From Methanomicrobia archaeon (GTDB lineage: Archaea; Halobacteriota; Syntropharchaeia; Alkanophagales; Methanospirareceae), in assembly GCA_016930255.1 (NCBI GenBank), contig JAFGHB010000004.1, positions 1,444 to 65,443 of the forward strand: a DNA stretch of 64,000 nucleotides. Direction: 5' to 3'. Positions within the stretch are counted from its first letter, which is position 1; every line of letters begins with the position of its first letter. This document shows, one piece after another, positions 58,054-64,000 of this stretch. The translations under genes and the position numbers were made by a program. Below the pieces are notes generated by a model that was given only the letters and a program-made list of their open reading frames with translations, was not told the DNA's origin and did no database searches.

Positions 58054-58229
58054 CCCGCTTGTGGGGTGCAAATCTGAAAAATGGAAGAGAAAAGAGAAAA
58101 CGGAAAATCATGTCCCTACGTGGTGCAAATCCTCGAGGGGGCAAAGTAAAAAGCCGGGGCTAAAAGGAGAGAACTTTAGTCTCGGGTTTTACGAAGGTCA
58201 AAAAAATTAGGAGGTGAAAATGAGAAAAG

Positions 58230-60752
58230 ATGAAGCATGAGACGCAGAGAAAAATTGCACTACCGGCGATTGTACTGCTGGTTGCGATCGCATTCACTGC
58301 TTCGCCTGTATCCGGAGTAGCAACGAATTTGCACGGGTATGGGTTTTACGAAGATGATTCGCCGGCATACTTTGATTCGGTGCGCATAATCAATACGAAC
58401 ACGGGCGTGGAATGGAATGATACGTACTTTGCGACAGGCCATCCTCAGGTTACGTTATGGCAAAATTACTACCAAGTGGCACTAGATGACCCTCTTGATG
58501 TTCAGGTTGGTCACGTACTGAGATACATTGCTACAAATGGGACATGGACAAACGACTCAACGGCAACGTATACTGGTTTTGACTTCGAATACAACATCAA
58601 TTTTACTCGGACGCAGCCAGACATGCCAGACCTGATCGTGGAGAGCATCACGCCAAATTGTGGCGGTTATCTCTTCGGAAACGAGAGCAACGAAATCTGT
58701 GCACTGATAGAGAATAACGGCACAGGCGCAGCAGGTGCCTTCAACGTCAGTTTCGAGGCGGGCGCCTTCAGTGAGCAGGTACGAGTTACCGGCGGCTTAG
58801 CCGCAGGTGCGAATACGACGGTCTGCGTCACCGATCCAACGCTCAGGAATGCTGGCGAATCGGTCACGATTAATGTTACTGCGGACTGCAATGGCGAAGT
58901 TGACGAAGGTGCCAATGAAGGCAACAATGTGGCAAGCATAACCAAGACCGTCGTGAATAACGGCTATAAAGGGAAACGCTACACCGGTGGGAGTGACATC
59001 ACCACCTGGCAAACGTTCGAGCTCAAGGGCGACCTGCTGTATTCAGTCGGCGACAGCTACTATCTGAGTGCGTATTCTTATCCCGACTGGACGCACTACA
59101 CGGCCAACTGGACCGCGAGCGACTTGCCGGTTCCGGGCACGGCGACGGTAAAAGAGGCACGACTGTACGTGCCGTACACGTGGGCGAAGAATAACGTGAT
59201 GCTAGGTTATATGAACCTCACGTTCAACGGTAATCTGCAGACACTGGATTACCACTACTGGGATGAGAAAGGATACGGTTCCAGCTATCCCTACGGAACG
59301 CTCGTCTACAATGTAACCGCGGACTTCAGCACGAGTGGCAACCTCGCTGATCTCGCCAACTCCTATCCAGGCGGCGGGCAGGTATCCATGCGCGGCATGG
59401 TGCTCGTCGTGATCTACGAGGACGATAACGAACCACTAAGGAAGATACTGGTCAACGAGGAGTTCGATCTGCTCTACGGCGGCTCGTCACAGTGCACGAC
59501 GGCGGAAGAAGCCACGGCATACGCACCATTTGGCTCGATAGACCTTTCAACGATTGGTAGTGCCAAGCTAATAACCATGGCGCCCGGTGCGGGTCCGAAC
59601 GAAGGCGAGCTGATCTTTAACGGGCAGACCTGGACCAACGTCTGGAATTACGCAGGCAGTGCGCAAATCGGCATTGACGAGCGTGAAGTAGGTTCGTATC
59701 TGCAGGCGACGAACAATACCGCAGGGTTCCAGAGCAGTGGCGACTACATGGAAGCGAGCAATGCGATACTGGTACTTACAACGCCACCAATCATCAGCGT
59801 CGAGCCAGAAGAGACGAATGTCGCACCGCAGAGCCAGTTTGACATCGAGATAATTGTCAATCCAAATGGTGCACCGGTGTACGGGGTTGAGTATTATCTC
59901 AACTATGATCCGAGCGTGGTCCGAGCAGAGGTGCAGAACAAAGGGTCGTTCCTCGGCGGGCTTGATGACACGATCGTGATGGTCAACGAGATAGATCAGG
60001 TGAACGGCAAAGTGACCTATGCGGAGACGCGAAAAGGCTCCGGAGGTGTGACCGATCCGGCCCCCCTCGCTACGATTCAGTTCACGGCAATCGGCGCACG
60101 CGGCGCAACGAGCGATCTGGACCTTGACGGCGTGATCATCGTCAATGCGGCGGACAACGAGTCCTTTGCGGTCATTAAGATCGAGGATGGCAACGTTACA
60201 ATAGGTGACAACGTACTACCACCCGTTGCCTCGGCCTGCTCGAAGCACAGAATCAACAACGCCGCAAAGAAGTTCCAGTGCTCGGCGCTGCTCTGTTCGA
60301 CCTCTTACGACCCCGATGGCGAGATCACGTATCTCAGATGGGCGTTCGGCGACGGTCAATACGGAACCAGTGAGGGCAACGTGAGCGGCTGCGCTTGCAA
60401 GGAGCACAAGTACGAGTCATGGCAATGGGTCGGGGGTTCAAGCGGGCACTACGAGCCGTTCAGCGCGTCTATTACCGTAATCGATAATGCCGAACCTGAA
60501 CAGAGCGACACCTACGCATTCCCGGTTACCGTCTATATGGCGGGAGATGCGAACGGCGATGGGCGCGTGAATATCCTCGACGCCGTGCAGGTGGGCAAGA
60601 ACTTCGGCCAGAGCTGTCCGGGCGGAGAAGCGTGCGGCGAATACAAGTGGAGTAACGCGCAAGCGGATGCCGCAGACCTGAACAACGACTGCGAGATAAA
60701 CATTCTCGATGCCGTAATCATCGGAACGATGTGGGGACACACCGCCTGGTAA
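58230..60752 (+). CDS. secreted multidomain protein: novel N-domain - CARDB - 'ARLYV.W' (DUF3344-like) - cohesin - PKD - dockerin
   Basis: 840-aa ORF. N-domain HGYGFYEDDSPAYFD...TGVEWNDTYF..GHPQV.LWQNYY. CARDB (PDLIVESI...ENNGTGAAGAFNV). ATVKEARLYVPYTW. Cohesin-like ISVEPEE...YGVEYYLNYDP...IQFTAIG. PKD (SYDPDGEITYLRWAFGDG). Two dockerin repeats, GDANGDGRVNILDAVQVG and ADLNNDCEINILDAVIIG. Confidence 0.75.
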   Translation: MKHETQRKIALPAIVLLVAIAFTASPVSGVATNLHGYGFYEDDSPAYFDSVRIINTNTGVEWNDTYFATGHPQVTLWQNYYQVALDDPLDVQVGHVLRYIATNGTWTNDSTATYTGFDFEYNINFTRTQPDMPDLIVESITPNCGGYLFGNESNEICALIENNGTGAAGAFNVSFEAGAFSEQVRVTGGLAAGANTTVCVTDPTLRNAGESVTINVTADCNGEVDEGANEGNNVASITKTVVNNGYKGKRYTGGSDITTWQTFELKGDLLYSVGDSYYLSAYSYPDWTHYTANWTASDLPVPGTATVKEARLYVPYTWAKNNVMLGYMNLTFNGNLQTLDYHYWDEKGYGSSYPYGTLVYNVTADFSTSGNLADLANSYPGGGQVSMRGMVLVVIYEDDNEPLRKILVNEEFDLLYGGSSQCTTAEEATAYAPFGSIDLSTIGSAKLITMAPGAGPNEGELIFNGQTWTNVWNYAGSAQIGIDEREVGSYLQATNNTAGFQSSGDYMEASNAILVLTTPPIISVEPEETNVAPQSQFDIEIIVNPNGAPVYGVEYYLNYDPSVVRAEVQNKGSFLGGLDDTIVMVNEIDQVNGKVTYAETRKGSGGVTDPAPLATIQFTAIGARGATSDLDLDGVIIVNAADNESFAVIKIEDGNVTIGDNVLPPVASACSKHRINNAAKKFQCSALLCSTSYDPDGEITYLRWAFGDGQYGTSEGNVSGCACKEHKYESWQWVGGSSGHYEPFSASITVIDNAEPEQSDTYAFPVTVYMAGDANGDGRVNILDAVQVGKNFGQSCPGGEACGEYKWSNAQADAADLNNDCEINILDAVIIGTMWGHTAW
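58317..58472 (+). repeat. conserved nucleotide core of the triplicated N-domain (copy 1)
   Basis: Alignable to 62169-62325 and 62875-63031. It includes the shared run acgggcgtggaatggaatgatacgtacttt. Confidence 0.7.
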
Positions 60753-60822
60753 GCTGTTCTGCTACGCCACAAGCAATGCATCCCCATCATACTAGATGTG
60801 CATAACCCTTTAAAAATTTCCC

Positions 60823-60836
60823 TTTTTCCTTTTTTT
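60823..60836 (+). terminator. oligo-T tract (terminator candidate)
   Basis: tttttcctttttttc lies about 70 nt after the stop at 60752. Confidence 0.3.
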
Positions 60837-60946
60837 CGGGGAGGCAGGAAAGAAACTGAACTGTGAAATAAGAGCGTGTGAGGATGAAAGAGCAGCAAAG
60901 AATCGAGGATCTCTCGGTAATTGAGATGAAGGAGGAGGAAAAATAA

Positions 60947-62077
60947 ATGAAAGAAGAGAAGATAAGATTGATAGGATTTGTCGTAGTAGTGGTGTTAAGT
61001 CTGGTGGGAGGGTCAATAGCACAAGCCGCAGCACAAAGCGCCTCGATAAGCGTTTCCCCCTCAACGGTCGAGGCGTCTCCGGGCGAGACATTCAGAATAG
61101 ACATTAGCATTGACCCCCACGATTTGGCGATTTCCGGCGCTCAGTTCAATCTCTATTTCGATCAGAACGTGCTCAATGCCACTTCTCAAACTCAGGGTAC
61201 CTTCCTCGCTCAGGACGGCGCAACCACAACCGTGATCACAGACACCATCAACAACAGCCTTGGAAGGATAGAGTACGCCGAAATCCGGCTGGGCGCGGAG
61301 CACGGCGTAAGCGATCCCGGTGTTTTCGCATCTATTACGTTTGAAGTCGTTGGAACGACGGGGATGAGCAATCTGAAATTGAGCAATGTGATTTTAAGCA
61401 ATCCAGACGGCGAATCTATTGAAACCACGATCAACAGCGGAACATGCACCGTAGCTACCAGCGCGTCAGACTCCGACACGTCCGGCTCCTCTTCCACTTC
61501 CACGCCCACGGTAACGTACGTTGATATCTCTGCTGAAGAGGCACAGGAAATGCTTGCAGAGGACCCCGAACACGTTACCGTTTTGGATGTCAGAACAGCC
61601 GAGGAGTACAATGCTGAGCACATACCCGGAGCGAAATCCATACCCTTATCAGAGCTAGAAGGCAGAATTGACGAGTTAGACCGATCAGAGGATATTATCA
61701 TTTATTCTCAGAGCGGCATTGAAAGCAGAACCGCCAGTGAACTACTGGTAGACCAGGGGTGCGAAAACGTCTACAACTTGCTCGGTGGCATAGATGCTTG
61801 GAGGCTTACGTTTCCGGTAATAATCCCTGGTACTTCACCTTCACCCCCTGTGGCCACACCTGAATCCGATGTAACGCCCTCGTCCGAGTCATCGTCACCC
61901 CCAGCTCTTTCATCCTCTCCAGCGGCCTCACTGACGTCAACGGCCCCGCCCTCATCTGCCAACTCTCCCTCAACGCCGCCTTCAGAGCAGCATGAGGGTA
62001 TACCGGGATTTGGGGCACCTCTAGCGCTAGCTGCGGTGGGGCTAGCTTTTGCTCTGTGGAGAAGAAGAATGAGATGA
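60947..62077 (+). CDS. secreted cohesin - rhodanese-like (Cys->Ser) - PGF-CTERM protein
   Basis: Signal peptide. Cohesin-like ISVSPSTVEASPGETFRIDISI...GAQFNLYFDQNVLNA...ITFEVVG. Rhodanese fold VLDVRTAEEYNAEHIPGAKSIPL...IIIYSQSGIESRTA...LLGGIDAW. S/P linker and terminal GIPGFGAPLALAAVGLAFALWRRR. Confidence 0.75.
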   Translation: MKEEKIRLIGFVVVVVLSLVGGSIAQAAAQSASISVSPSTVEASPGETFRIDISIDPHDLAISGAQFNLYFDQNVLNATSQTQGTFLAQDGATTTVITDTINNSLGRIEYAEIRLGAEHGVSDPGVFASITFEVVGTTGMSNLKLSNVILSNPDGESIETTINSGTCTVATSASDSDTSGSSSTSTPTVTYVDISAEEAQEMLAEDPEHVTVLDVRTAEEYNAEHIPGAKSIPLSELEGRIDELDRSEDIIIYSQSGIESRTASELLVDQGCENVYNLLGGIDAWRLTFPVIIPGTSPSPPVATPESDVTPSSESSSPPALSSSPAASLTSTAPPSSANSPSTPPSEQHEGIPGFGAPLALAAVGLAFALWRRRMR

Positions 62078-62784
62078 CTGTACGGAATCGAGCAGTAAAA
62101 GGACGAGCACTCACTATCGTTGCGATCCTGTCAGCACTTGTCTCTGCGGTTTTGCCCGTATCGGCGGGAGTAGCCACGAATATTCACGGGTATGGGTTTT
62201 ACGAAGATGGATCACCTGCATACTTTGACCATGTTGCGGTAACCAATACGAGAACGGGCGTGGAATGGAATGATACGTACTTTGGGATAGGGCATCCTCA
62301 GGTTGCGCTATGGCAAAATTACTACGTTCTGACCTTGGATGAGCCGCAAAATGTTCAGGTTGGTGACGTCTTGACGTTCCACGCGGTAAGCGGAAACAGC
62401 ACTTCAAGTAACATCTCGCAGACCACCTACTCAAAACTTGACCTCGAATATAATATCACGCTATCGCAAATTTCACCACTTCCTTCGACGCAGGCGCACA
62501 CATTGTCCTTGAACCACAGCTCAAGCTTAAGTCCAAGCCCAAGTCCAAGCCCAAGTGCTCCTCCATCTTCTTCACCTCCTTCTATCGAAGAGCATTCCTC
62601 CCGCTCATCTTACACCTCACCTCCTCTAAGCGCACCGACACCAGAGACTATATCCTCTCCTTTAGCCATAACACCTCCAAGGCCAACATCGGTGCAGAGC
62701 GGGTTACTACCGGGATTTGAAGCCTGCTTTGCACTACTGGTGTCGGTGACGCTATTTTTCATTCTGCGCCGAAAGAGGCGATGA
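62074..62784 (+). CDS. secreted novel N-domain protein with S/P linker and PGF-CTERM anchor
   Basis: ATG 62074 overlaps the upstream stop (ATGA) and follows GGAGAAG. N-domain HGYGFYEDGSPAYFD...TGVEWNDTYFGIGHPQVALWQNYY. Terminal LLPGFEACFALLVSVTLFFILRRKRR. Confidence 0.6.
   Translation: MTVRNRAVKGRALTIVAILSALVSAVLPVSAGVATNIHGYGFYEDGSPAYFDHVAVTNTRTGVEWNDTYFGIGHPQVALWQNYYVLTLDEPQNVQVGDVLTFHAVSGNSTSSNISQTTYSKLDLEYNITLSQISPLPSTQAHTLSLNHSSSLSPSPSPSPSAPPSSSPPSIEEHSSRSSYTSPPLSAPTPETISSPLAITPPRPTSVQSGLLPGFEACFALLVSVTLFFILRRKRR
62169..62325 (+). repeat. conserved nucleotide core of the triplicated N-domain (copy 2)
   Basis: Contains aatacgagaacgggcgtggaatggaatgatacgtactttgggatagg, identical to copy 3 over this stretch. 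Confidence 0.7.
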
Positions 62785-62788
62785 AAAC

Positions 62789-64000
62789 ATGAATGGAGAA
62801 GCGAGAAGCGTCGTAATCACAACGGTCATGTTCGTATCCCTGATAGGGTTAGTGGTATCTCCGGCTTTAGCAGGCTTAGCCGTGAACTTCAATGGATATG
62901 GGTTCTTTGAGGACGGCTCACCTGCGTGGTTCGACGCGCTCAGTATAACGAATACGAGAACGGGCGTGGAATGGAATGATACGTACTTTGGGATAGGCCA
63001 TCCTCAGATTGCGTTATGGCAAAATTACTACGTCCTGGCCTTAGACGAACCGACCAATGTTATCACGGGGGATGTCCTCGAGTATGTGGCCACGAACGGA
63101 ACAGGGACGAACATCTCGTATCTGACCTATGACCCGGCTATTACGGGAATGAACCCCGAACATGACATCACGTTTCAGCGAGCACCGGAAAAGCCGAGAA
63201 TAAGTGTTAGCCCGGCGAAGCAGAATCTCTCGATCGGCGATTCGTTCACTATCAACGTAACCATGGATCCCGCGGGCACCGAGATCTACGGGGCACAATT
63301 CTTTTTGGACTTCGACCAGAACGTTCTCAACGCCACTGCTCAAACTTCAGGGACGTTCCTCGCTCAGGATGGCACCACGACCATTGTGATAATAAACAAG
63401 ATCAATAACACGATCGGTAGGATCGAATACGGCGAGACACGATGGGGCGTGGAAGATGGCGTCACGAACCCTGGTACGCTGGCATCTATCACCTTCAAAG
63501 CAGTTGGATCCGGAACGAGCGATTTAAACTTGAATAATGTGATGGTAAGTGATTCCAACATCTCAAGTGTAGCAACTGACAGTAGCAATGGGAAGGTGAT
63601 GGTGGAGGGACCCACACTCTTTACCATCTCCGGGTTCGTGACGTACCCCAATGGGACGCCGATTTTCAATCCCTCGATTACGGTAACCAATCTCAATACC
63701 TCGGAGATTCTTAGTGCGAACACGAACGAAACGTCAAACTACTACGCGATTGCAACCGACTCAAATCATGTAAATGCGGGAGCCGTCCTTCAGTTCAATG
63801 CAAGCAATGATAATGCAATCAGTTTCAATCATAGTATAACGCAAGCTGAGATGACCGCTGGCGGATTCGTTCAGAACATCACCATTATCCCGCTGCCACT
63901 GCCCGACCTTATCGTAAGTGATATACTCGCACCACCAGCGTTTGTGGACGTCAGCACTAATGTCTCTGTGGTTATCAAGAATATCGGGAATGCCGCGGCA
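62789..64000 (+). CDS. secreted novel N-domain - cohesin - beta-sandwich - CARDB protein (3' partial, runs off the window)
   Basis: Not in the ORF track because no stop is reached. ATG at 62789 opens a 404-codon frame to 64000. It has a signal peptide, NGYGFFEDGSPAWFD...TGVEWNDTYFGIGHPQIALWQNYY, a cohesin-like ISVSPAKQ...GAQFFLDFDQNVLNA...ITFKAVG, and PDLIVSDI...VVIKNIGNAA (CARDB start). Confidence 0.7.
   Translation, partial: MNGEARSVVITTVMFVSLIGLVVSPALAGLAVNFNGYGFFEDGSPAWFDALSITNTRTGVEWNDTYFGIGHPQIALWQNYYVLALDEPTNVITGDVLEYVATNGTGTNISYLTYDPAITGMNPEHDITFQRAPEKPRISVSPAKQNLSIGDSFTINVTMDPAGTEIYGAQFFLDFDQNVLNATAQTSGTFLAQDGTTTIVIINKINNTIGRIEYGETRWGVEDGVTNPGTLASITFKAVGSGTSDLNLNNVMVSDSNISSVATDSSNGKVMVEGPTLFTISGFVTYPNGTPIFNPSITVTNLNTSEILSANTNETSNYYAIATDSNHVNAGAVLQFNASNDNAISFNHSITQAEMTAGGFVQNITIIPLPLPDLIVSDILAPPAFVDVSTNVSVVIKNIGNAAA
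62875..63031 (+). repeat. conserved nucleotide core of the triplicated N-domain (copy 3)
   Basis: See copies 1 and 2. Confidence 0.7.

Noticed and set aside
58317-63031. Possibility that the triplicated near-identical segments are a DGR template/variable repeat set
   Set aside because: No reverse transcriptase gene is in the window, and the mismatches between copies are not restricted to adenine positions of one copy (for example g/a, c/t and t/g changes occur).
1-64000. Scan for rRNA, CRISPR arrays, transposases/integrases and in-frame TAG/TGA recoding (Pyl/Sec) candidates
   Set aside because: None was recognised. No long gene is interrupted by a single in-frame stop apart from the frameshifted or fragmentary genes listed, and no IS-like inverted repeats or recombinase motifs were seen.

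Overview
This window looks like an archaeal chromosome segment of about 50% G+C. Supporting signs are an A1:U72 initiator tRNA, archaeal-type GluRS, endonuclease Q, GGAGGTGA Shine-Dalgarno sites, TATA-like boxes and many PGF-CTERM tails. I infer a Methanosarcinales- or ANME-like euryarchaeon, but this is not proven. All family names come from reading the ORF translations from memory; no searches were run.

Positions 1-35 kb are mostly housekeeping genes: purB, acs, an AsnB-like/Dph6-like fusion, endonuclease Q, three tRNAs, arsM and a P-type ATPase. Small AT-rich accessory inserts sit between them. These hold HicAB plus an MmeI-like type IIG R-M enzyme, a HEPN-like ORF, a NYN protein, an orphan 513-aa ORF and decayed gene fragments.

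Two regions stand out.

1. Positions 35.3-43.1 kb look like a candidate extracytoplasmic-stress regulon. Three promoters carry the same 11-bp-phased TTTGGGT triple direct repeat. They sit in front of paralogous secreted LTxxQ-like helical proteins (one followed by a membrane S16/Lon-like protease) and of a MacB-type ABC operon. The block is bracketed by paralogous small membrane proteins and a wHTH regulator.

2. Positions 48.1-64.0 kb are a same-strand surface-protein locus. It holds five paralogs of an uncharacterised 'ARLYV.W' (DUF3344-like) domain and a second MacB-type ABC pump that is translationally coupled to one of them. It also has CARDB, PKD, cohesin and dockerin modules, a Cys->Ser rhodanese, a triplicated novel N-terminal domain and several PGF-CTERM anchors.

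No CRISPR array, transposase, integrase or rRNA was seen.
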